Positions 1 through 9,243 of a stretch of DNA of 64,000 nt are shown in pieces (position 1 is the stretch's first letter; the number at the start of each line of letters is the position of its first letter). The stretch is from Candidatus Cloacimonadales bacterium (GTDB taxonomy: Bacteria > Cloacimonadota > Cloacimonadia > Cloacimonadales > JAFGVF01), in assembly GCA_963663475.2 (NCBI GenBank), contig CAXXJV010000001.1, positions 64,001 to 128,000 on the forward strand. The letters run 5' to 3'. The notes beneath the pieces are model-generated. The model was not told the DNA's origin. It worked only from the letters and a program-made list of their open reading frames with translations, and ran no database searches. A program made the position numbers and the translations under genes.

Positions 1-242
1 TCATAATCAAACATAGAGAATTGGTTGATTCTCTTGCGGATGAACTTCTAGAAAAAGAAACCCTTTCCGCTGAAGAGATTTTCGCTATTGTGGAAAAATA
101 CGTTACTGGTGATGATTTAGATTTTGCTAAAGAAAAATACCAGAAGGCTAAACAGCTAAGTTTTGAACTTCTTAAAGAAGAAGAAAGTCATGGGAAAATC
201 AAGAAAGACCAAGTAAATAAAGAAGAAGATAAAGAAGTATAA
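1..242 (+). CDS. ftsH: 3' end of ATP-dependent zinc metalloprotease FtsH (partial, begins upstream of window)
   Basis: Frame is open from the window edge; HRELVDSLADELLEKETLSAEEI matches the FtsH M41 C-terminal LLEKETL..EEI motif; lies upstream of hslVU. Confidence 0.8.
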   Translation, partial: IIKHRELVDSLADELLEKETLSAEEIFAIVEKYVTGDDLDFAKEKYQKAKQLSFELLKEEESHGKIKKDQVNKEEDKEV

Positions 243-247
243 TTTGA

Positions 248-280
248 AGTAGGAAGGAGTCTCTTCTCTTTCCTACTTTT
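248..280 (+). terminator. Hairpin plus short T-run after ftsH
   Basis: agtaggaaggag...ctctttcctact followed by tttt. Confidence 0.5.
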
Positions 281-300
281 TAATAAATTTAAGGGGAAAA

Positions 301-837
301 ATGGAACAGTTTCACGGAACTACTATTTTAGGTATTCTAAAAGATGGGAATTTAGTCATTGGTGGTGATGGACAAGTTACTCTTGGCCACACTGTAATTA
401 AAGATACTGCTAGGAAAATTAGGCACCTTTACAATGGACAGGTTATTGCTGGATTTGCTGGAGCTACAGCAGATGCTTTTACACTTTTTGAAAGATTTGA
501 TGCCAAATTAAAAGAAAGCAAGGGAAACTTAAGAAAAGCTGCTGTTGAATTAGCTAAAGATTGGCGGTCAGATAGAATTCTCCGCAAGCTGGAGGCTATG
601 ATTATTGCAGGTTCTAATGATGCCTTGCTAATTATTACTGGTGTTGGTGATGTACTGGAACCTAATAATGGTATCTGTGCTATTGGTTCTGGAGGAAACT
701 ATGCCTTGTCTGCTGCTAGAGCCCTATCTGAAAATACTAAACTATCCAATAAAGAACTTGTGGAAAAATCACTTCATATAGCTGCTGATATTTGTATCTA
801 TACAAACCATAATTTAGTAATTGAAGAATTAAAGTAG
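301..837 (+). CDS. hslV: ATP-dependent protease peptidase subunit HslV
   Basis: HGTTI N-terminal Thr nucleophile, GDGQVT, GFAG, AIGSGG, ICIYTN motifs. Confidence 0.97.
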   Translation: MEQFHGTTILGILKDGNLVIGGDGQVTLGHTVIKDTARKIRHLYNGQVIAGFAGATADAFTLFERFDAKLKESKGNLRKAAVELAKDWRSDRILRKLEAMIIAGSNDALLIITGVGDVLEPNNGICAIGSGGNYALSAARALSENTKLSNKELVEKSLHIAADICIYTNHNLVIEELK

Positions 838-839
838 GA

Positions 840-2216
840 ATGAAAATGATAGATCGTAACGAACTTACACCCAAAAGAATTGTTAAAGAATTAGATAAAT
901 ATATTATTGGTCAAGACCAGGCTAAAAAAGCTGTTGCTATAGCTTTAAGAAACCGCTGGAGAAGACAAAGAGTTGGTGCTGACCTACAGAACGAGATAGT
1001 ACCTAATAATATTATTATGATTGGTCCTACTGGTGTTGGTAAGACTGAAATTGCCCGTAGGTTATCAAAACTAGCTAATGCCCCTTTTATCAAGGTGGAA
1101 GCTTCTAAATTCACTGAAGTAGGCTATGTTGGTAGAGATGTTGAATCTATGATTAGAGAACTCATGGCCCTAGCTATTAACCAAGTTAATGAACAAATGC
1201 TAGAGGATGTTCAGATTGAAGCTAAGAAAAAAGCTAGGGAGCTAGTTTTAGACAAGCTTATCTCTCCTATCGGGAAAAAAACAAGTGAGGAAAGTGAAGA
1301 AGATTATCAAGAAAAATTAGAACGCTATAATCGTTCAAGAGCAAAGATGGAGTCTATGTTAGATGAAGGAAAACTTGATCAACGTAAAATTGACCTAGAG
1401 GTTAAAGATTCTCCTAAAAAGCCTCAAATAGAAATCTTCTCAAATACTGGTATGGATATGCTTGATCTAGACCTGCAAGATATGCTTGGTAATATTATGA
1501 ACAAAGGCGATAAGAAGAAAAAGAAATCTTTCTTTGTTAAAGAAGCTTTATCTTACTTCCAAGAAATGGAAGCTCAAAAACTTGTAAAAAAAGAACTTGT
1601 GGTCGAAAAAGCCAAAGATTTAGTAGAAAATCATGGCATTGTTTTTATTGATGAGATTGATAAAATTGCTTCTACTGATAAGAAATCCTCTGCTGATGTC
1701 TCACGTGCAGGTGTGCAAAGAGACCTGCTACCAATTGTCGAAGGTTCTAATGTGCCCACAAAACATGGTATTATCAAAACAGACCATATCCTTTTTATTG
1801 CTGCTGGAGCCTTTCATGTAGCTAAACCTTCCGACTTAATCCCAGAACTGCAAGGTAGATTCCCTATCAGGGTTGAATTAAATAGTCTCACTGCTGACGA
1901 CTTTGAGAAGATACTAACCTTCCCTGAAAATTCTCTCACAAAACAATATACAGCTCTCTTCAAAACTGAAAAAGTTAAACTTAGCTTTACTAAAAAAGCA
2001 GTTAAGCAAATCGCTTACTATGCTTTCAAAGCTAATGAAAAAATGGAAGATATTGGAGCAAGAAGACTGCATACTATTTTAAATAAGCTTATGGAAAACT
2101 ATCTCTTTGAAATGCCTACTAGCAAATATAAAAGTGTTAAAATTGACGAAGATTTGGTAAACACTGTCATCAATGATGTTGTGGAAAATGAAGACCTATC
2201 ACGTTATATTCTATAA
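840..2216 (+). CDS. hslU: ATP-dependent protease ATPase subunit HslU
   Basis: GPTGVGKT Walker A, GYVGRDVES pore motif, FIDEIDK, LQGRFP, GARRL. Confidence 0.98.
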   Translation: MKMIDRNELTPKRIVKELDKYIIGQDQAKKAVAIALRNRWRRQRVGADLQNEIVPNNIIMIGPTGVGKTEIARRLSKLANAPFIKVEASKFTEVGYVGRDVESMIRELMALAINQVNEQMLEDVQIEAKKKARELVLDKLISPIGKKTSEESEEDYQEKLERYNRSRAKMESMLDEGKLDQRKIDLEVKDSPKKPQIEIFSNTGMDMLDLDLQDMLGNIMNKGDKKKKKSFFVKEALSYFQEMEAQKLVKKELVVEKAKDLVENHGIVFIDEIDKIASTDKKSSADVSRAGVQRDLLPIVEGSNVPTKHGIIKTDHILFIAAGAFHVAKPSDLIPELQGRFPIRVELNSLTADDFEKILTFPENSLTKQYTALFKTEKVKLSFTKKAVKQIAYYAFKANEKMEDIGARRLHTILNKLMENYLFEMPTSKYKSVKIDEDLVNTVINDVVENEDLSRYIL

Positions 2217-2306
2217 ATTTTTAAAAAGTAGCCCCTTCTTTTCTTTTGTAAATAAAATTAAAGAAGGGAGCTATGCTACAAATTACCCGACCTGGGAGAT
2301 TGACTA

Positions 2307-2762
2307 ATGCTAAAAAAAGTAATTCTCTGTCTGATAATTGCTAGCTTCTGCTTTTCATTATTAGCTTACGATACTGGTAAATCCCCTAGTAAAGCTGCCC
2401 TCTACTCTTTCCTTATTCCAGGAGGAGGACAGTATTATAATGAATCTACTTGGAAAAGTATCTTATGGGGTGGTTCTGAACTGGGTTTCATCGCCCTAAC
2501 TTCCTACCACCATAATAAGTTCCTTGATTATAAAGACAAAAGAAATAATGCTAGTAACCAAGAAGAATGGGCAAAATGGAATAAGGAGGCAGGTGACCAA
2601 CTCCATAAAAGAAATAATGGTTTCTGGTGGTTAGGGTCTACTCTAATTCTCTCTATGATGGACGCTTATGTTGATGCTGCCCTCTTCGACTTCGCTGAAG
2701 AAAAACAAAAGCTGGAACTGCAATTTAATCTTAATTACCTAGGACTACAATTTAATTTTTAA
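2307..2762 (+). CDS. DUF5683-like secreted/membrane protein
   Basis: Signal peptide; SPSKAALYSFLIPGGGQYYN and DAYVDA motifs; C-terminal Phe. Confidence 0.7.
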   Translation: MLKKVILCLIIASFCFSLLAYDTGKSPSKAALYSFLIPGGGQYYNESTWKSILWGGSELGFIALTSYHHNKFLDYKDKRNNASNQEEWAKWNKEAGDQLHKRNNGFWWLGSTLILSMMDAYVDAALFDFAEEKQKLELQFNLNYLGLQFNF

Positions 2763-2772
2763 CTACTTTTTC

Positions 2773-2838
2773 TAAAATAAGATAATAGACTTGAGAAAAT
2801 AAGTGCTATTCTCAAAGATATACTGCATTATTGGGTTA
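2773..2838 (+). repeat. Palindromic MITE-like family, internally deleted copy
   Basis: agtgctattctcaaagatatactgcattattgggtta matches the right end of the 13561-13728 copy; degenerate left arm present. Confidence 0.7.
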
Positions 2839-2861
2839 AAATAACTTATTTTATTAAATTA

Positions 2862-2890
2862 TTGACAAATCACATAAAGTATAAAAAAAT
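2862..2890 (+). promoter_or_regulatory. Putative sigma70 promoter of the pyrR operon
   Basis: TTGACA at 2862 with an AT-rich -10 region; GGAGG RBS before ATG 2924. Confidence 0.45.
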
Positions 2891-2902
2891 GATAATAAGT
2901 GA

Positions 2903-3466
<564 letters not shown>

Positions 3467-3470
3467 ACTA

Positions 3471-4274
3471 ATGTCATTCTGGACTAAATATACAAACATA
3501 ATCAAAAGCAATAAATCATATGTTTGCCTAGGATTAGATAGTGAGTTAAGTAAGTTACCTAGTCATCTCTTAGACCAAGAGGACCCTATCTTTGCCTTTA
3601 ACAAGGCTATAATTGACCAAACTAAAGATATTGTGGCTTGCTACAAACCAAACTTTGCTTTCTACCTTTCTCAAGGCTTAAAATCTCTCTCTTCATTGCA
3701 AAAAACTATTAGCTATATCCCTGATCATATTCCTGTTATCTTAGATATTAAAGCTGGTGATATAGGAAATACTATGGCAAACTATGCTAAAGCATTCTTT
3801 ACAGATTGGGGAGTGGATGCAATAACTGCTAATCCTCTCATGGGAAATGATGTTATGAAAGCAATTGAACCTTTCCAAGAAAACTTTGCCTTCCTATTAG
3901 CCCTGACATCTAATCCTTCTGCTAAAGATTATTTGAAGGTTAATGACCTCTACAAAAACATTTCTGAGAATATTAATAATCTTCCTAATAAGCAATTTGG
4001 TGCAGTAGTGGGAGCCACTAATTCACAAGAACTAAGGGAGCTCAGAAAATTAATGCCAGAATCTCTCTTCCTTATACCAGGTATAGGTGCTCAAGGAGGA
4101 TCATTAAGAGACGTTGTTAGCAGTACTTGCTATTCAAAAGATGATGCACGTTTTGTGATAAACTCTTCCAGAGGAATTATCTTTGCTGATTCATCTGAAA
4201 GCTTTGCCCAAGTAGCTAGAGAGAAAGCAGAATCCCTACGTGACCAAATAAATAAGCTTATTGCAGACCTATAA
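3471..4274 (+). CDS. pyrF: Orotidine-5'-phosphate decarboxylase (subfamily 2)
   Basis: CLGLD, KPNFAF, LDIKAGDIGNT (DxKxxDI), TSNP, VVGAT, PGIGAQGG, NSSR. Confidence 0.96.
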   Translation: MSFWTKYTNIIKSNKSYVCLGLDSELSKLPSHLLDQEDPIFAFNKAIIDQTKDIVACYKPNFAFYLSQGLKSLSSLQKTISYIPDHIPVILDIKAGDIGNTMANYAKAFFTDWGVDAITANPLMGNDVMKAIEPFQENFAFLLALTSNPSAKDYLKVNDLYKNISENINNLPNKQFGAVVGATNSQELRELRKLMPESLFLIPGIGAQGGSLRDVVSSTCYSKDDARFVINSSRGIIFADSSESFAQVAREKAESLRDQINKLIADL

Positions 4275-4310
4275 ACTTAAATAAAAAAATGTAATCAAGG
4301 ATAGAATAAT

Positions 4311-4787
4311 ATGAATAATAGACCTAGTTGGCAGAAGTACTTTATTGACATGGCATATTTAGTATCTACCCGTTCCACCTGTTTAAGACGTAAGGTTGGA
4401 GCAGTTATTGTTAAAAACAATCAAGTTATCTCAACAGGCTATAATGGTGCACCTAAAAGTGTTCCCCACTGTTCAATAACTGGATGTTTAAGACAACAAA
4501 TGAATGTCCCTTCTGGACAAAGACATGAGCTTTGTCGAGGTGTTCATGCGGAACAAAATGCAATTGTCCAGGCTGCTGTCAATGGTACTTCTATCCAAAA
4601 TGCTGAGTTATACTGCACTACTCAACCTTGTATTATTTGTGCAAAAATGATTATAAATTCTGAGATAAAAAGGGTCTTTGTTGCAGAAAGTTATAATGAT
4701 GAAATGTCTTTGGAGATGTTAACTCAAGCAAATGTTGAATTAATCAAAGTTGATAAAGAGACAGGTCAGCTAACAAAATTAAATTGA
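4311..4787 (+). CDS. dCMP deaminase / ComEB family zinc deaminase
   Basis: [26 protein letters not shown] zinc motifs. Confidence 0.92.
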   Translation: MNNRPSWQKYFIDMAYLVSTRSTCLRRKVGAVIVKNNQVISTGYNGAPKSVPHCSITGCLRQQMNVPSGQRHELCRGVHAEQNAIVQAAVNGTSIQNAELYCTTQPCIICAKMIINSEIKRVFVAESYNDEMSLEMLTQANVELIKVDKETGQLTKLN

Positions 4788-4795
4788 GGGGTTTT

Positions 4796-6031
4796 ATGAA
4801 GAGATCTATTAGTCTATTATTCCTGATATCCTTTACCTTGTTATCAGGAAAAATTCTGACATTAGATGAAGCTGTAGAGCTGGCTTTAACTAATTCTCAG
4901 GATAGTAAGATAAACACTATAAACCTAAATAAGGTACATTCCAGCTATAAATCCACCTTGTGGGATATTGCCCCAGATGGATCAATTAGCTATAACTGGA
5001 CACGTTCAAATGGCCTTATATCCAAGGGAGCAGGCTTAACTATTAGCAAGTCTATTGGCTCTACCCTACCTGACTACTTCAACTGGAAAAGTGCTAAGCA
5101 TAATATTGAAATAGCTAAAATCAACAGTGAAAAAATAAACAAAGATATTGCCTGGCAAGTTTTAAACTCTTATGTAGATTTACTCTTAAGTCAGAAAAAA
5201 TTAGAAATCTATGCGGAGAATTACCAGGTCCAGTTAGATCTTTTGACAGAGACACAGCTGAAAAAAGAACTGGGAAGATCTACTCTTTATGAGTATAATC
5301 AAGTAGAAATTAATGCCTTAAATAGCCAGCTGGCAGTCTTAGATGCTGAAAAGAATATTAGCGAGAAGATTAAAAACTTTAATCTACTATTAGGGATAGA
5401 GGCTGATAGTCTTTCTCTGCAAGATATTGATTTTAATCTTCCTGCAGATTATGATTTTGATATTGACCAAGAAAAATCATATTCAATCTTAATGAATGAG
5501 TTAAATATTGATCATAGTAAATTCCTTCTAATCCAAGATAGATTAAGATTCTTGCCTGATTTAACTGTCTCCTGGTCATATGGTTCTTCTTCAATTAACA
5601 ATCAACCTTTTGAATTTGATAATTATCAAGATGGTTCTAGCTGGAGAATGTCCTTAAGTTATCCCTTACTTAATTTCTTTAAACAAAGAGAAAGTCATTA
5701 TCGTAATAAAGAAAACCTCTATACAGATATGATTAATCTTGATCAGCAAATTGATGAGTTAAAAACTAACTACCAAAATCATATTGCTGATTTAGAAAAC
5801 ATGTTTATAAGAAAAGATATTAATGATAAGATATTACTTCAAGCTCAGGAGAACTTTGAAATAGCTAAAACTAATTTCTCATTAGGACTTATAAAATCAA
5901 TTGAGCTAGAACAATCAAAAACAGATTTGCGAGAAGCTGAACTTAACAATCTTGATATTGATTATCAAATTTATTTAAAACATCAAGCAATAAATCATTT
6001 GTTATCCAAGAAGATAGCAAATAAGTGGTAG
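4796..6031 (+). CDS. TolC-family outer membrane efflux protein (start ATG 4796 after GAGGGG)
   Basis: Signal peptide, LTLDEAVELAL N-terminus, duplicated helical OEP-like repeats, adjacent adaptor gene. Confidence 0.8.
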   Translation: MKRSISLLFLISFTLLSGKILTLDEAVELALTNSQDSKINTINLNKVHSSYKSTLWDIAPDGSISYNWTRSNGLISKGAGLTISKSIGSTLPDYFNWKSAKHNIEIAKINSEKINKDIAWQVLNSYVDLLLSQKKLEIYAENYQVQLDLLTETQLKKELGRSTLYEYNQVEINALNSQLAVLDAEKNISEKIKNFNLLLGIEADSLSLQDIDFNLPADYDFDIDQEKSYSILMNELNIDHSKFLLIQDRLRFLPDLTVSWSYGSSSINNQPFEFDNYQDGSSWRMSLSYPLLNFFKQRESHYRNKENLYTDMINLDQQIDELKTNYQNHIADLENMFIRKDINDKILLQAQENFEIAKTNFSLGLIKSIELEQSKTDLREAELNNLDIDYQIYLKHQAINHLLSKKIANKW

Positions 6032-6037
6032 GGAAAA

Positions 6038-7156
6038 ATGAAAAAAGCACTTAAAATTATATTTACTTTAATTATTGTATCATTACTTGCAGCATGGGGA
6101 TTCAAATATTTCTCAAAAAAAGATATGACAGAAACTTCAGGACCTGCTTTTGAGCTTAAAACAACTAAAGCTGAACTTGGAGAAATTGCTACTCAAATTG
6201 ATATCACTGGTGAAATTGAACCAGAAACTATCGTGGAAATTAAATCAAAAGTCTCAGGTAAAATAGTAAAATTCTATAAAAATATCAATGACTATGTTAA
6301 TGCTGGAGACTTAATAGCCTCTATCGAAATTGACTACCAACAAGCAAATAGTATTACTAATACAAGATCTAATCTTGATTTAGCAGAAATTAGATATAAA
6401 TGGGCAAAACGTGATTTAGATGACATCCAAGCTCAATACCAAGCAGGATTTGAAACAAAATACAACTACGATACAGCGGTCAAAAACTTAGAACAAGCTG
6501 AACTAAACTACACTATCGCCCAAGAACAATATAAACAAGTTGAAGATATTGATACTAAAAGCGAAGTATCCAAAATATACTCATCAGTTAGTGGAACAGT
6601 TATTACTCGTACAGTAGAAGAAGGTGAAATGGTATCTTCTATAGGACTTGGTAATTCTGATGGTACAGCTATCATGCAGATTGCTGATTTATCCAAAATG
6701 ATTGTTAAATCTAATATTAACGAAATAGATATTAATAAATATAAAGAGGGACAGACTGCTGCTATTACAGTTCCAGCAAATCCAAAGCATTCTTATAATG
6801 GCATCATAACCCAGGTAGCAGCTATGGCTCAAAATGTTAATAACGTAAAAGTCTTCCCAATTGAAATAGAATTGTCTGATGTTGATGAAATGATTAAGCC
6901 TGGTATGACTGCTGAAATTTCCATTAAGGGACAATCAAAGAGTGATATTATAATTATTCCTATCAAAGCCTTATTCAGTAACGAAAAAGGTGAAGATGTA
7001 GTATATACTGTAGAAAATAATGCTATTAAAGATACTAAAGTTATTGTAACTGGAATTAATAATTTAACCCATGTTGAAGTTATTAGAGGTTTAGAAGCAG
7101 GAGAAGAAGTTTCATTAGTACCACCTTCATTATTAGCCAATGGAGATAAAAAATAG
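6038..7156 (+). CDS. Efflux periplasmic adaptor (MacA/HlyD-like membrane fusion protein)
   Basis: N-terminal TM, EIKSKVSGKI lipoyl half, helical hairpin, IKPGMTA, GLEAGEEV. Confidence 0.9.
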   Translation: MKKALKIIFTLIIVSLLAAWGFKYFSKKDMTETSGPAFELKTTKAELGEIATQIDITGEIEPETIVEIKSKVSGKIVKFYKNINDYVNAGDLIASIEIDYQQANSITNTRSNLDLAEIRYKWAKRDLDDIQAQYQAGFETKYNYDTAVKNLEQAELNYTIAQEQYKQVEDIDTKSEVSKIYSSVSGTVITRTVEEGEMVSSIGLGNSDGTAIMQIADLSKMIVKSNINEIDINKYKEGQTAAITVPANPKHSYNGIITQVAAMAQNVNNVKVFPIEIELSDVDEMIKPGMTAEISIKGQSKSDIIIIPIKALFSNEKGEDVVYTVENNAIKDTKVIVTGINNLTHVEVIRGLEAGEEVSLVPPSLLANGDKK

Positions 7157-7877
7157 TATGGATGATAAAAAGAAGAGTATCATATATTTTATTGTTATCC
7201 TTCTGTTAGCAGTTGCTTTTGTAGTTCTATATCTTTTAGATTCTAGTATTACTGAAAGTGAAGGACAAGATGCTTTCACTGAAGTTATTGAAAACATTAA
7301 ACCTGCTTTGGAGAATGATAATAACCCTAGTCCAAATAAGCAAGAAGAAAAAACTGAAAACAATAAAAATCAAGATAAAAATTTAGATTCAGATAATGAA
7401 ACTACTGTTAGTTATGAGGAAATAAAAGTGATTAATTGGGACGCAAATGAAATCGATTCTGTTCAGATTTTCAGTCCTCGGAAAGATTTTACCCTTATCA
7501 ATCATGGAAAAGCAGGTGAGAAAAAGTGGTCTATTAGATCCCCGAGAGTTAATGCTAAGATTGCTTCAACTAACAATGCTTTATTCAAACTTTTAAACGT
7601 CTTCACACTTTTCAAAACTGATAATAACCTCACCAGAGATTATTCAGAATTTTCCAAATACTTTGAGTATCCAGCTTGCACTGTAGTTGCACACTTCAAA
7701 GATGGCTCACAAGAAAAATTAACCTTCATCAGAATAGCTGGATATGATGAGTTTATGGATAAAACCAAGATGATGACTTGGGCAAGAGTAAATGAAGAGA
7801 CACTTGTGTATGCAGCAACTTATAATATTCTGGAAAGATTTCTAGTTGCTGAAAATCTATTTTTACGAATTTATTAA
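7140..7877 (+). CDS. Membrane-anchored protein, DUF4340-like (start may be ATG 7158)
   Basis: Single N-terminal TM, N/K/D-rich linker, C-terminal domain with W...P, P..TV and ARV....VY patterns. Confidence 0.5.
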   Translation: MEIKNSMDDKKKSIIYFIVILLLAVAFVVLYLLDSSITESEGQDAFTEVIENIKPALENDNNPSPNKQEEKTENNKNQDKNLDSDNETTVSYEEIKVINWDANEIDSVQIFSPRKDFTLINHGKAGEKKWSIRSPRVNAKIASTNNALFKLLNVFTLFKTDNNLTRDYSEFSKYFEYPACTVVAHFKDGSQEKLTFIRIAGYDEFMDKTKMMTWARVNEETLVYAATYNILERFLVAENLFLRIY

Positions 7878-7897
7878 TATTAACTGGAGGATATAAG

Positions 7898-9043
7898 ATG
7901 GATTACTTCTTAACAGAAGATCAATTAGAAATGAAAGAAATAGCTAGAAGAATAGCTCAAGAAAAAATAAAACCTTTATCAGAAGAATATGATGGAAAAG
8001 GTATTTTCCCTTGGGATATCGTAGAAGTATTAGCTCAAAGTGACCTTTTTGCTGTGCTAGTACCTGAAGAATATGATGGAATTAGTGGCAAAGTATTAGA
8101 TTTATCTATTGTAACTGAAGAGCTATCTAAAGTTGATACTGGTATAGCCCTAGCTTTTGGAGCAACAGGATTAGGTTTATATCCAATACTACTTTCTGGC
8201 TCTGAAGAGCAAAAACAAAAATGGTTACCAGCTATCGCTGCTGGTGAAAGATTAGCCGCTTTTGCCTTAACAGAAGCTAATGCTGGTTCTGATGCAGGAG
8301 CTATTGAAACTACTGCTACTAAAGATGGTGATTATTATATCTTAAACGGCACCAAACAATGGATTACTAATGGTGGTGATGCCGAGGTTTATACTGTCTT
8401 TGCTATGACTAATAAAGAAAAAGGTGCTCGTGGATGCTCTTGTTTTATAGTAGAAAAAGGGACACCTGGCTTCGAGTTTGGCAAGAAAGAAAACAAAATG
8501 GGAATTAGAGCTTCTTCAACCCGTGAATTAATCTTCGATAACTGCCGAGTTCCTAAAGAAAACTTGATTGGTAAAGAAGGTACTGGTTTCATTACTGCAA
8601 TGAAGACTTTTGATAAGTCTCGTCCTATGGTAGGTTCACAAGCTGTTGGTGTAGCTGCTGGTGCTTTAGATATAGCAGCTAAGTATTCTAAAGAAAGATA
8701 TCAGTTCGGTAAACCTATTTCTGCCTTCCAAGGCGTACAGTTTATGTTAGCTGATATGGCTACTCAGATTGAAGCTGCTAGAGCCTTAGTTTATCAAACT
8801 GCTCGTATGATTGATGCTGGCGTTAAAAAGTTTAGTAAAGAATCTGCTATGTGTAAATACTTCGCCTCTGATGTTGCTATGAAAGTTACAACAGATGCAG
8901 TTCAAATACTTGGTGGATATGGTTATATGAAAGAATATCCTCTTGAGAAAATGATGCGTGATGCTAAGATTCTCCAAATATATGAAGGAACTAATCAGAT
9001 TCAAAGAACTATTGTTGCTTCTAATTTATTGAAAGAGTATTAA
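7898..9043 (+). CDS. Acyl-CoA dehydrogenase (butyryl-CoA dehydrogenase-like)
   Basis: FALTEANAGSDA, NGTKQWITNG, KMGIRAS, QILGGYGY, IYEGTNQIQR. Confidence 0.95.
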   Translation: MDYFLTEDQLEMKEIARRIAQEKIKPLSEEYDGKGIFPWDIVEVLAQSDLFAVLVPEEYDGISGKVLDLSIVTEELSKVDTGIALAFGATGLGLYPILLSGSEEQKQKWLPAIAAGERLAAFALTEANAGSDAGAIETTATKDGDYYILNGTKQWITNGGDAEVYTVFAMTNKEKGARGCSCFIVEKGTPGFEFGKKENKMGIRASSTRELIFDNCRVPKENLIGKEGTGFITAMKTFDKSRPMVGSQAVGVAAGALDIAAKYSKERYQFGKPISAFQGVQFMLADMATQIEAARALVYQTARMIDAGVKKFSKESAMCKYFASDVAMKVTTDAVQILGGYGYMKEYPLEKMMRDAKILQIYEGTNQIQRTIVASNLLKEY

Positions 9044-9054
9044 AATATATCTTA

Positions 9055-9087
9055 ATATCGGAATAGGATAACCTATTCCGGTATTTT
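9055..9087 (+). terminator. Intrinsic terminator
   Basis: cggaatagg-ataa-cctattccg stem followed by gtatttt. Confidence 0.65.
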
Positions 9088-9243
9088 CCTAGGATGTAGA
9101 GGAAAGTAATTTCTCACAGGTAAGTTCAAGGCATTAAATTCAGATAATTATGAGAAATTTCTTGACTTTATTTCCTTAATATTAACATAGTTTTAAAAAT
9201 ATTGATTTAAATTATAAAAATAAACATAAGATGGAGCTTTTAG

